Part shown: piece by piece, positions 7,165-15,636 of the stretch | Numbering within the stretch: position 1 is the stretch's first letter | Layout: each line of letters opens with the position of its first letter | NCBI GenBank assembly: GCA_034521595.1 | Contig: JAXHMG010000003.1 | Span: 2,816,001 to 2,880,000 of the forward strand | Length of the DNA stretch: 64,000 nt | From: Gemmatimonadota bacterium | GTDB lineage: Bacteria; Gemmatimonadota; Gemmatimonadetes; Longimicrobiales; Gaopeijiaceae | Direction: 5' to 3' | The notes under the pieces: model-generated | Told to the model about the DNA's origin: nothing | What the model saw: only the letters and a program-made list of their open reading frames with translations | Database searches by the model: none | Position numbers and translations under genes: made by a program

Positions 7165-9408
7165 GTGCAGCCCACGGACACACCCGCCGGAAGACAGCCT
7201 GCCGAAGGCGCCGCGCGCATCCTCGTGGCCGACGATCGTGCCCCCACGCGAGAAGCCGCGATGCGGATCCTCTCGAAGGCTGGATTCGACGTGCGTGGCG
7301 CCGAAGACGGACCCGGTGCCCTCGAGAGCATCGAGTCGTGGGGTCCGGACCTGGTCCTGCTCGACGTCGTCATGCCGGGTATGGACGGCCTCGAGGTACT
7401 CGAGCGAGTACGGGCACGGTTCGAGTTCGCGGATACCGTGATGGTGCTTCTCAGCTCCTTTCGTCTGAGCCCCGAGGACCAGGCGAAAGGGCTCGAAGCC
7501 GGCGCTGACGGCTACATCGCACGACCCGTAGATCATCAGGAGCTGCTGGCACGGGTACGTACGCACCTCCGTACCCAGCAGCTGGCACGCGAGCTGAGGG
7601 CGAGCGAGCAACGCTTCCGGGACCTCCTCGACAACCAGCCCGATGGCGTGTTGGTCGTGGACGAAGCCGGGATCATCCAGTTCGCGAACCCGGCAGCCGA
7701 GAAGCTGCTGAGTCGGCCGGCACGCGAGCTCATCGGCACGGACTTCGGCTTCCCCCTCACGGCGGGCGCCGAGACGGAGCTCGATCTCACGTCCTCCGAG
7801 GGCACCCGGGTGGTCGCCATGCGCGTCGGCGACACCACCTGGGACGGGCGAGCGGCCTGGCTCACGACGCTGCGCGACGAGACCCAGCGCCAGGCCGCGG
7901 CGGAACGCATGGCCGAACAAGCGGAGCTGCTCGACCGCGCTCAGGACGCCATCTTCACCTTGAACCTCGACGGGACCATCCGGTTCTGGAACGAGGGCGC
8001 ACAGCACCTCTACGGGTGGCCTCCCGACGAAGTGGAGGGCCAGTCCGTGCATACCCTGCTCTTCCCGAGCCCACAGGAAGGGGAGGTCATCATGGCTCAG
8101 GTGCTGGAGCAGACGGACTGGCGGGGAGAGATGGAGCAGTGTCGTCGTAATGGGAGCACCGTCACGGTCGAGGGCCGATGGTCCGTGGTCCCCGACGAGA
8201 ACGGCGAACCGGCGCGTATCCTGTGCGTGAACACGGATGTGACGGAACAGAAGGAGCTCCTGAGCCAGTTTCTGCGAGCGCAGCGGATGGAAAGCGTGGG
8301 GAGGCTCGCCGGCGGGATCGCCCACGATTTGAACAACGTTCTGGCCCCCATCTTGATGTCCATCGAGATGCTCCAGGAGGACACGGTCGACCCCGAGACG
8401 CTCGAGATCCTCGCCACGGTCCAGGAGAGCGCCCAGCGGGGCGCCGACCTCGTCAAGCAGGTCTTGCTCTTCTCCCGGGGCGTGGGAGGGGCCCGCATCG
8501 CCGTGGACGTGGCCAAAACGCTACAGGACCTCGGAAGGGTGGTCCGAGACACCTTCCCGAAGACCATCCAGCTCGAGTCCCGCATTCCGGACGACCTCTG
8601 GAAGATCAAGGGCGACCCCACGCAGATCCATCAGGTCTTCATGAACCTGTTCGTGAACGCACGGGACGCCATGCCGCAAGGAGGCCGGCTTCGCTTGGAA
8701 GCGGCCAACATGACGCTCGACGAACAGTACATGGCCATGATTGGCGAGGCCACCGCCGGGCCGCATGTCCGGGTCACGATCACCGACACCGGCGTCGGAA
8801 TGAGCGCGGAAGTGCTCGAGATGGCCTTCGAGCCCTTCTTCACCACGAAGGAAGTGGGGAGCGGAACGGGCCTCGGCCTGTCGACGGTCGCGGCCATCAT
8901 CAAGTCCCACGGGGGACTCATGAACCTCTCGTCGGAGCCCCGGAAAGGGACAACCTTCCAGGTTTTCCTCCCCGCCGAGCAGAGTGAAGCGACGGTCGAG
9001 CCCGCGAGCCCTCCGGTCGAGCGCCTCCTGGGATGCGGCGAGCTCATCCTCGTCGTTGATGACGAACGCTCCATCCGAAGCATCACGCAGCAGACGCTCG
9101 AAGCGTTCGGTTACAGAGCCGTCACGGCGTTGGACGGCGCCGACGCACTGGCCGTCTACGGCATGCGCGGCCAGGAGATCTCGGCAGTGCTCGTGGACAT
9201 GATGATGCCCGTCATGGACGGGACGACCACCATCCGGGCGTTGCGCCGGATCGATCCGGACGTCCCGATCCTCGCATCGAGCGGCGTGGCCGAACACAGT
9301 GAGGTTGCACGCATGGATGAGCTCGCTGTCGGCTACTTCCTTTCGAAACCCTACACTGCGACGGATCTGCTCACGGCGCTCAAGGAAGTGCTGCCGGACG
9401 CAGAATGA
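7165..9408 (+). CDS. Hybrid histidine kinase REC-PAS-PAS-HisKA-HATPase-REC
   Basis: N- and C-terminal receivers, [9 protein letters not shown] H-box, [18 protein letters not shown]...GTGLGL. Starts 14 nt after kaiC. Confidence 0.92.
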   Translation: [747 protein letters not shown]

Positions 9409-9420
9409 ATCGATGTGTGG

Positions 9421-10707
9421 TCAGCCGGTAACGCGGCCTCCGACCTGCTCGGCGGACCACTCGAGCAGCTCGTGCACTGCCTCGACCCACGCGTCGGAGA
9501 AACGTTCGCTGTCCGTAAACCAGGCCTGTACGGAATCGAGCGCCCCAACCACACCCCCGCGGTCGTCCGCCACGGCGGCGGCGAGCACCGTCCCCGCGCC
9601 GGGAATGCGGCCGCGCTCATTTTCGGGAAGACTCCGCGTGAAATGTTCGTCGGCCACGGCGAGCCCGTCGTCATCCATGAACCGGGTCCGCATGTCCCGC
9701 AGCGTCTTGGCGGCCGAGGCGAGCGAGGCGTAGCGACCGGGAGTCGCCGTGGAAACGTGCGCGACCAACTCATCGTGGAGCAGCTGCAGATGGCGCTCCA
9801 GGAGGAGTAGCGGCATGCCTCTCGCGGCCAACACGTGCCCGAGCCAGAGCACCCGCTCGATCGCCCTCGACTCGGGGATCCGGGCCAGCGTCACGAGCCA
9901 CGCGCTGTCGCTGCGAGTGAACGCGAGCCCTCGGTCGCCGTATCGCGCCGCGTAGTACGGGAACGCGTCCCATGACCGCTCGCCCGCCCGCAACGCGACG
10001 TCCAGCTCGTCGTCCTCGACCGTCACGCGATGTGTGCCGGCCTCCGGGTTCAGCTCGAGAGCGGGAACCCACGCCGTCGTATCCGGAACCGGATGGATTA
10101 CGCTCATGACCGCCTCGATGCCCTCGAAGACCACGAGCGCCGCTTCGCCCGCTTCCTGACGCTCCCCTTCCGAGACGGACGTACCGTCGAGCCGCTCCAC
10201 GAAGCGAGCCCATTCGGGGCTCGCCTCCTCCTCTCGGCCGAAAAAGAACGTCAAGTCCCGCTTGTTGTAGGCGCCCGGACCGCGAACCATGCCCTGACCC
10301 AGAAGTCTCCCTCCGAGAAGGGACCCTCGAAACGTATAGAGGCAGCCGAGCAGACCCCCCGCCCGAGCCGGATCCATGCGGCGGATGCGATGCGCCAGCA
10401 GGTGCGCCCGGACCTCCGCGAGCGAACAGGTTTGCGGTCCCTCCGAGCCGAGCGTCTCCAGGTCACGGGCGGCCAGTTCGGAACGCGACAGGGAGGCCTG
10501 CTTGAACGGCTCGATGCGCGGATCCGTCGCCGCTTCGAGGAGCTCTTCGAAGCTCCGCCAGATCGTGCGCATGGCACGTAGATAGGTCACCAGCGCATCG
10601 GCCGGAAGCGTCCCCTCTCGCAACGCCGTAGCGGAAGGAAGCGCATCGAGGCGCTCATGTGTCTCACGCGTCTCGGACTTGAGCCGATCTCTGAGGCCAG
10701 ATGTCAT
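9421..10707 (-). CDS. Heme oxygenase-like (biliverdin-producing family) domain fused to a C-terminal helical globin/phycobilin-like domain
   Basis: LRDRLKSETRETHERLD (proximal His helix) and YTFRGSLLGG distal helix. C-terminal half contains RYGDRGLAFTRSD...VLAARGMP. ATG 10707 with AAGGA upstream. Confidence 0.75.
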   Translation of the reverse strand: MTSGLRDRLKSETRETHERLDALPSATALREGTLPADALVTYLRAMRTIWRSFEELLEAATDPRIEPFKQASLSRSELAARDLETLGSEGPQTCSLAEVRAHLLAHRIRRMDPARAGGLLGCLYTFRGSLLGGRLLGQGMVRGPGAYNKRDLTFFFGREEEASPEWARFVERLDGTSVSEGERQEAGEAALVVFEGIEAVMSVIHPVPDTTAWVPALELNPEAGTHRVTVEDDELDVALRAGERSWDAFPYYAARYGDRGLAFTRSDSAWLVTLARIPESRAIERVLWLGHVLAARGMPLLLLERHLQLLHDELVAHVSTATPGRYASLASAAKTLRDMRTRFMDDDGLAVADEHFTRSLPENERGRIPGAGTVLAAAVADDRGGVVGALDSVQAWFTDSERFSDAWVEAVHELLEWSAEQVGGRVTG

Positions 10708-10859
10708 GGGTCCTTCAACAGGGGTTCCGCCAGAACAGCGGTCTTCGGTACCGTGCAGCCGCGACATCATGATGTCAACGCAAACCGACTCGACACGCAA
10801 CGGGAGGCAAGTGAAGCGGGATGGGAGAAGGCACGGGGGACGGAGGATAGCGAGCGATC

Positions 10860-10880
10860 GCGCAACACAATACATTGCGC
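10860..10880 (+). promoter_or_regulatory. Inverted repeat GCGCAA-N9-TTGCGC, probable antitoxin operator
   Basis: Perfect 6-bp inverted repeat with AT-rich spacer about 30 nt upstream of the Xre/MbcA antitoxin start. Confidence 0.45.
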
Positions 10881-10911
10881 CACTGACTTCGTCCTACCCG
10901 AGGAGGAGCCC

Positions 10912-11271
10912 ATGCCCGCCGTTCCCGACATCCAGCCCCTCGAAACCCGGACCGCGTCCCACCTCGACACCCTGCGGCACATCTTGGGCTCCGACCGCGC
11001 CATCGCCGAGTTGCTGGAGGTGTCGCCGTCGCAGGTGTCGCGGTGGCGACGGGGGCAGGTGCCGGACGACGAGAACGCCGACCGGCTCGGCGGCCTCGCG
11101 CTCGTGGTGGAGATGCTCGCGCGGTGGCTCCACCCGGACACCATCGAAGGGTGGCTTCACGGCCCGCACCTCCATTTGAACGACCGAACCCCGGCTCATC
11201 TGCTTCGCCAGGGCCGGGTGGCGGACGTGATCGGCGCGCTCGAAGCCGAAAAGGCCGGCGTCTTCGGTTGA
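10912..11271 (+). CDS. Xre/MbcA/ParS-type antitoxin
   Basis: HTH (AIAELLEVSPSQVSRW) and C-terminal WLHGPHLHLNDRTPAHLL. AGGAGGAG RBS; upstream of a RES gene. Confidence 0.85.
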   Translation: MPAVPDIQPLETRTASHLDTLRHILGSDRAIAELLEVSPSQVSRWRRGQVPDDENADRLGGLALVVEMLARWLHPDTIEGWLHGPHLHLNDRTPAHLLRQGRVADVIGALEAEKAGVFG

Positions 11272-11281
11272 GCGCCCGCAC

Positions 11282-11887
11282 GTGAGCGCCCGCACGCTCT
11301 GGCGGGTCTTTCCCTGGGACGAGCGCGCATCCGAAGGAGACCGGTTCTCCCCTTCCTTCGTCCCCCCGCCGACCGGGCGAGGCCGGTTCGACCTGCCCCA
11401 CGACATCTCGCGGGTCCTCTACCTGGCCGAGAGCCCCGAGCACGCGGTCGCCGAGCTCCTGCACCCCTGGCGGGGCCGGAGCGTGGATGCTCGCCACCTG
11501 GTGCGCGCCGGACGCCCGCTGGCCGCGGTAGAAGTGCAGGTGGACGAGGACCGGAGCGGGACGAAAGTGGCCGACCTCTGCGAGCCCGACGTCCTCGTCG
11601 CGCTCGACGTCGCGCCCGACCGGACCGCCTCGAGGCACCGCACGCTCACCCAACCGATCGCACGCACCGTCTGGGACGCGGGGTTCGCGGGCCTGCGGTG
11701 GTGGTCGCGCTTCTGGGGCGACTGGCACACGACCGTGCTCTTCACCGCCCGGCTGGAGGAGGGAGTGGCGGAGCGCGGAGGCGGGGTCGCGCGCCCGCTC
11801 AGCTTCGGGACCCCCGAGCCGCTCACCCCCACATCGCCCGCCGTCGCCGAAGCGGCGCGGGCGTTGGGGATCGCGGTCGAGGGCTGA
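11282..11887 (+). CDS. RES-domain toxin
   Basis: LWRV...GRFD...LYLAES...AVAE...GLRWWS, with R, E and S residues present; paired with the antitoxin. Confidence 0.85.
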   Translation: MSARTLWRVFPWDERASEGDRFSPSFVPPPTGRGRFDLPHDISRVLYLAESPEHAVAELLHPWRGRSVDARHLVRAGRPLAAVEVQVDEDRSGTKVADLCEPDVLVALDVAPDRTASRHRTLTQPIARTVWDAGFAGLRWWSRFWGDWHTTVLFTARLEEGVAERGGGVARPLSFGTPEPLTPTSPAVAEAARALGIAVEG

Positions 11888-11993
11888 GTCGGCCCCGACA
11901 GGGGGCGCCGCCTTGCCCGCCGGCCGAAGCACCCATATCCTCGCATGCGCCTCCCCCACCAATATCGTACCTGTCCCCTCCGGGAGGTCCCGC

Positions 11994-12554
11994 ATGGCTG
12001 TTCGTTTTGCGTCCGACGACCCCGGCGCGCTCGAGACCGTTCTCTCGATTCTGCCGCAGTTGATCCTCATCGTCGACGAGGAGCTGACCCTCCGCTACAT
12101 GAACCGGCCGCAAGGCGGATATCGGCCGGACCAGGTGGTCGGCATGAGCATCTTCGAGGTCGTCGACCCGGAGTATCGCGACGAGGTGCGCAGCCTCCTC
12201 GAGGGTGTGTTCGCTTCCGGGGAGCCCGCGGTCTACGAGGTCGCGGCGCTCAATGCCCAGGGCGAGCGGCAGTGGCACGAAGGTGTCATGCTGCATCTTC
12301 CCGGTGAGGACATGGAGCCCACGGTCGTCATCTCCACGACGAACGTGACGGAGCGGCGGCAACTCCAAGAGGAGGCGGCGACGCTGCGGTCCCTCATCCC
12401 CCTGTGCTCCTGGTGCAAGCGGGTCCGTACGGACAGCGGCTACTGGGCGACCGTGGAATCCTACCTCGAACGGGCCGGGAAGTCCCGGGTCACCCACAGC
12501 CTCTGCACGACCTGCGAGGCCACCATGCTCGACGCGGCGTCCGGGGATCGCTGA
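11994..12554 (+). CDS. PAS domain protein with C-terminal four-cysteine motif
   Basis: PAS fold (ILIVDEELTLRYMN...VVGMSIFEVV), coiled linker, IPLCSWCKRVR...YW...THSLCTTC. GGAGG RBS. Confidence 0.8.
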   Translation: MAVRFASDDPGALETVLSILPQLILIVDEELTLRYMNRPQGGYRPDQVVGMSIFEVVDPEYRDEVRSLLEGVFASGEPAVYEVAALNAQGERQWHEGVMLHLPGEDMEPTVVISTTNVTERRQLQEEAATLRSLIPLCSWCKRVRTDSGYWATVESYLERAGKSRVTHSLCTTCEATMLDAASGDR

Positions 12555-12677
12555 GGGGGCCGAACGGGCCGGCCCGACCCGTAGAGGATCCCGTAAGGGG
12601 TGACTCGGCTGAGCCCCACGGGCAGTGGTGGGTGATGTTCGACGGATGACCACTGAATGGTGGTCGACGGAAAGGCT

Positions 12678-13100
12678 TCAGTCGGTGGAAGAAGCGAGCG
12701 TGGCCAAGAGTTGCTTGGGTGTCACGACGGGGATCGAGGAGGACTGGAAATCGGACGGGTTCCGAGTCACGAGGTAGTCCGCGCTCGCGCGCTGAGCGGA
12801 TACACCCTGAACCGCGTCCTCGACGTCGCCCCAGCCCAGGGAGAGTGCCCGAAGGAGGACGTCCTGATCCAGGGGCGTCACCGTGACGTGATCTAGAAGG
12901 TCGATGAGAGCCGCCACAGCGCGTTTGTGACCGAGATGCTTGGAGGCGAGGTAGTAGAGCGTCGTCACCGAGTGGGCCGCGACAAGCCCTTCGACCTCGA
13001 TGCCGTCCAGGAGGGAGAGCACGGTCGCGGAATCCTCCACCCACGGCTCCCGAGCCGCCAGGACATCGAGGATGACGTTGATGTCCAGGAAGAGGCGCAT
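12678..13100 (-). CDS. PIN-domain (VapC-like) toxin
   Basis: MRLFLDINVILDVL...DVEDAVQ...LVTRNPSDF. TGATG overlap with the upstream antitoxin. Confidence 0.88.
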   Translation of the reverse strand: MRLFLDINVILDVLAAREPWVEDSATVLSLLDGIEVEGLVAAHSVTTLYYLASKHLGHKRAVAALIDLLDHVTVTPLDQDVLLRALSLGWGDVEDAVQGVSAQRASADYLVTRNPSDFQSSSIPVVTPKQLLATLASSTD

Positions 13101-13339
13101 CAGGAATGCTTCTGCTCGAGGTGGCGCCGGTAGTCTTCCACGGACGTATCGCTCGGCAGGATGCCGCGAAGCCGCCGCACCCACGGAGCCAATGTCGGCT
13201 CGGATGGAGCGTCGAGTTGGCGCAGGTAGGAGGTGACGAGTTGGGAAATGCTCGTGTTGTGCCGAGTGCTGTAGCGGCGGGCCCGTTCGATCACCTGCTC
13301 ATCGACGCTGAGAGTGAGCTTTTTCTTGGAAGTCATCAT
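13100..13339 (-). CDS. DUF6364-family ribbon-helix-helix antitoxin
   Basis: KLTLSVDEQVIERARRYS...SISQLV...VRRLRGIL...YRRHLEQK; coupled to the PIN gene. Confidence 0.8.
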   Translation of the reverse strand: MMTSKKKLTLSVDEQVIERARRYSTRHNTSISQLVTSYLRQLDAPSEPTLAPWVRRLRGILPSDTSVEDYRRHLEQKHS

Positions 13340-13354
13340 CACTCCGCCGGAGTC

Positions 13355-13387
13355 TATACGTATACACTACCTCAAGATATACGTACA
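13355..13387 (-). promoter_or_regulatory. Two TATACGTA(T/C)A boxes overlapping the putative TA promoter
   Basis: Perfect palindrome TATACGTATA at 13355-13364 and TATACGTACA at 13378-13387 in otherwise GC-rich DNA, just upstream of the antitoxin. Confidence 0.6.
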
Positions 13388-13468
13388 ACACAAGGAGGGG
13401 AAGCGCCCATCCAGGTAGCGCATGCGTAATCGGCCGCGCGCGTACCCCGAGGAGATCCTCCCACCCGC

Positions 13469-14593
13469 CTACCCGACCGGCAGCGACAGCACGAACCGCG
13501 CTCCGACCGGCTCCGCGTCTTCCACCCGGACCGTGCCGCCGTGCGCCTCGGCGACCATCCGGCAGAACCGCAGTCCGAGCCCGCGACTGTCGGCGACCCG
13601 GCGCCCCGAGCCGCGCTCGAGCCGCGTGTACTTCTCGAAGATCCGCTCCCGGAGCTCTTCGGGGACGCCCGGTCCTTCGTCCTGCACGGAGAGGCGAACG
13701 TCTCCGCCGGGCCCCGCTTCGGCTTCGAGCAGGATCCGCCCGCCGTCGGGGCCGTACTTCACGCAGTTGTCGACCAGGTTCGAGAGCACCCGGAAGAGCA
13801 ACGAATGGTCACAGGCGACGGCGAGCTCGTCGGTGACGGGCGCGACCTCGATGCCCGGTGCCCGCGCGCGGACGGCACGGGCGACCTCGTGGATAAGCTC
13901 GCCCGCCGGGACCGTCTCGCGTTCGATCTCGAGGCGCCCGTCCTCGGCCAACTGGAGGTCCAGCAGATCGAGCGCCATGCGGTGCATGCGCTCGGCCGCG
14001 CCACGGATCTCGGCCGCGTCGGCGCGCACCTGTTCGGCGTCCAGGTCGTCCGCCGTCTCCAGCAACTCGGCCAGCGCCATGACCGTCGTGATCGGGCTCT
14101 TCAGGTCGTGGACGACGAAGCCGTTGAGCTCCTCCTTGAGACGCTGCGTCTCGCGGAGCTCCTGGTTCGTGCACACCAGGTCCGCCCGGGCCCTGGCCAG
14201 GGCACTGACGTCGCGAAAGATGACCACGGCGCCGTTGATCGAGCCGCCGTCTCCCCGGAGCGGCCGCGCCGAGCATTCGATCGTCACCTCGTCCGCCAGC
14301 TCCGGGTTGCGGATGAGCATCTCGACATCATCGGGCTCTTCACCCGCGAGCGCCCGAACCAGGGGATAGTCGGCTTCCGGGAAGGGGGTGTCGGTGCCCG
14401 GAACGAAGACCCCGTAGTGGTCGGCCCACTCCGAGGGCGGCCGGTCCGTCCGCATGATTCCGAGGATGCGGTCGGCCACTCCGTTGGAGTATAGGATGCG
14501 GCCATCCGTGTTCGCGATCGACACGCCGCTCGCGAGCGCCTCGAGGACGGCATGGACGTTCGCCGAGGAAAGGTCCCCCGGGAGCTTGGTCAT
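13469..14593 (-). CDS. PAS sensor histidine kinase
   Basis: PAS, VVHDLKSP H-box, NLVDNCVKY, DEGPGV, GLGL. Confidence 0.88.
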   Translation of the reverse strand: MTKLPGDLSSANVHAVLEALASGVSIANTDGRILYSNGVADRILGIMRTDRPPSEWADHYGVFVPGTDTPFPEADYPLVRALAGEEPDDVEMLIRNPELADEVTIECSARPLRGDGGSINGAVVIFRDVSALARARADLVCTNQELRETQRLKEELNGFVVHDLKSPITTVMALAELLETADDLDAEQVRADAAEIRGAAERMHRMALDLLDLQLAEDGRLEIERETVPAGELIHEVARAVRARAPGIEVAPVTDELAVACDHSLLFRVLSNLVDNCVKYGPDGGRILLEAEAGPGGDVRLSVQDEGPGVPEELRERIFEKYTRLERGSGRRVADSRGLGLRFCRMVAEAHGGTVRVEDAEPVGARFVLSLPVG

Positions 14594-14781
14594 AGGACAC
14601 ACGTGGGCTGTGTTGGAGCAGGGAGGTGCTCGGAACGCCTTGGGGGGGGCAGCCTCAGTTTACCCATAGCGCCGCCCGGGGCCATGACGCCGTCGGATCG
14701 GAGGGATTCCGTGCTCCAGCGGTCTCGATCCACGCACCGCACCCCCACCCCGGGTGGCGTGAACGCCCCACCCCCCACAGA

Positions 14782-14795
14782 TTGACGAAGATTAA
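14782..14795. promoter_or_regulatory. Possible FNR/CRP-family box TTGAC-N4-ATTAA
   Basis: Two mismatches to TTGAT-N4-ATCAA, in an AT-rich patch between the divergent kinase and cytochrome genes. Confidence 0.25.
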
Positions 14796-14823
14796 ATTAG
14801 GTGTCCCTCAATCTGGAGGTACC

Positions 14824-15276
14824 ATGACCAGCGCGCGTTCGACCTTCCTCGCCATGGGCATGAGCTTGCTCCTCGTCGCGTGTGGCGGCGACGACGATCC
14901 TACCGGCGTCAACGGAGGAAACGGCAACGGGGACGACGACATGGTGCTCGACAACCCGTCGTTCGCCGACGACATCAACCCGATCTTCTCCGAGCAGGGC
15001 TGCTCGGCGAGCCAGTGCCACGGCGGGGGCGAGGCCGGCCTCACGCTGAGCTCGGACGCCGCCGCCAACCGGGCCGAGCTCGTGGACGTGGCGTCGACCC
15101 AGGAGTCCGAGTTCCTGCGCGTCGATCCCGGGGACGCCGAGAACAGCTACCTCGTCATCAAGCTCGAGGGCCGGCAGAGCGTCGGGGACCAGATGCCGCT
15201 CGACCAGTCACCGATCGACGACATCGACCTCGGCAACATCCGCAACTGGATCGACAACGGGGCGCCGGACAACTGA
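14824..15276 (+). CDS. Lipoprotein with cytochrome c-like domain (CX4CH)
   Basis: Lipobox LLVA-C; CSASQCH...VDPGDAENSYL...QMP...IRNWIDNGA. GGAGG RBS. Confidence 0.75.
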   Translation: MTSARSTFLAMGMSLLLVACGGDDDPTGVNGGNGNGDDDMVLDNPSFADDINPIFSEQGCSASQCHGGGEAGLTLSSDAAANRAELVDVASTQESEFLRVDPGDAENSYLVIKLEGRQSVGDQMPLDQSPIDDIDLGNIRNWIDNGAPDN

Positions 15277-15354
15277 GCGAGGCACCGGTAGAGGATGAGG
15301 CTCTCACCGGCTCGGTGGGCTGACTTCGTCCCATCCCACCATCTGCAGCACCGA

Positions 15355-15430
15355 CGGCCGGCCCCAACCTGAGGGGTCGGCCGTTTCTCTCGCCTGGAGG
15401 TCACCGCGCGACTCGCTGGGCTCGGACTCC
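15355..15430 (+). repeat. 76-bp direct repeat, copy 1 (begins with a terminator-like hairpin)
   Basis: 71/76 identical to 16052-16127 by hand alignment. CGGCCGGCCCC-loop-GGGGTCGGCCG followed by TTTCTCT. Confidence 0.9.
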
Positions 15431-15459
15431 ACGGATATCCTCGTCCTGGGAGCCTGTGA

Positions 15460-15636
15460 CTCCTCAACCACCGACGACACCCGAAGGTCGCGGACGATCA
15501 TCCTGATATGGCCGTCCGCCAGCGGTACGCTTATGTTCTCGTCCAGAAGGGCCGAGACTTGAAGCCCGGCGCGGCCGCCACGGTAAAGGCCGCTCTGGAG
15601 TTCCTCGACGCCTGGGAGAAATCTGATGTCGAATAG
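15460..15636 (+). pseudogene. 5'-truncated HicA-like toxin remnant
   Basis: Frame reads ...RHPKVADDHPDMAVRQRYAYVLVQKGRDLKPGAAATVKAALEFLDAWEKSDVE*, overlaps the hicB start, and lacks the N-terminal half with the GSH motif. Confidence 0.45.

Noticed and set aside
12588-12656. Imperfect hairpins between the PAS gene and the PIN toxin as attC site or ncRNA
   Set aside because: No RYYYAAC/GTTRRRY ends, no integrase and no second copy. Could be a terminator between convergent genes, but support is weak.
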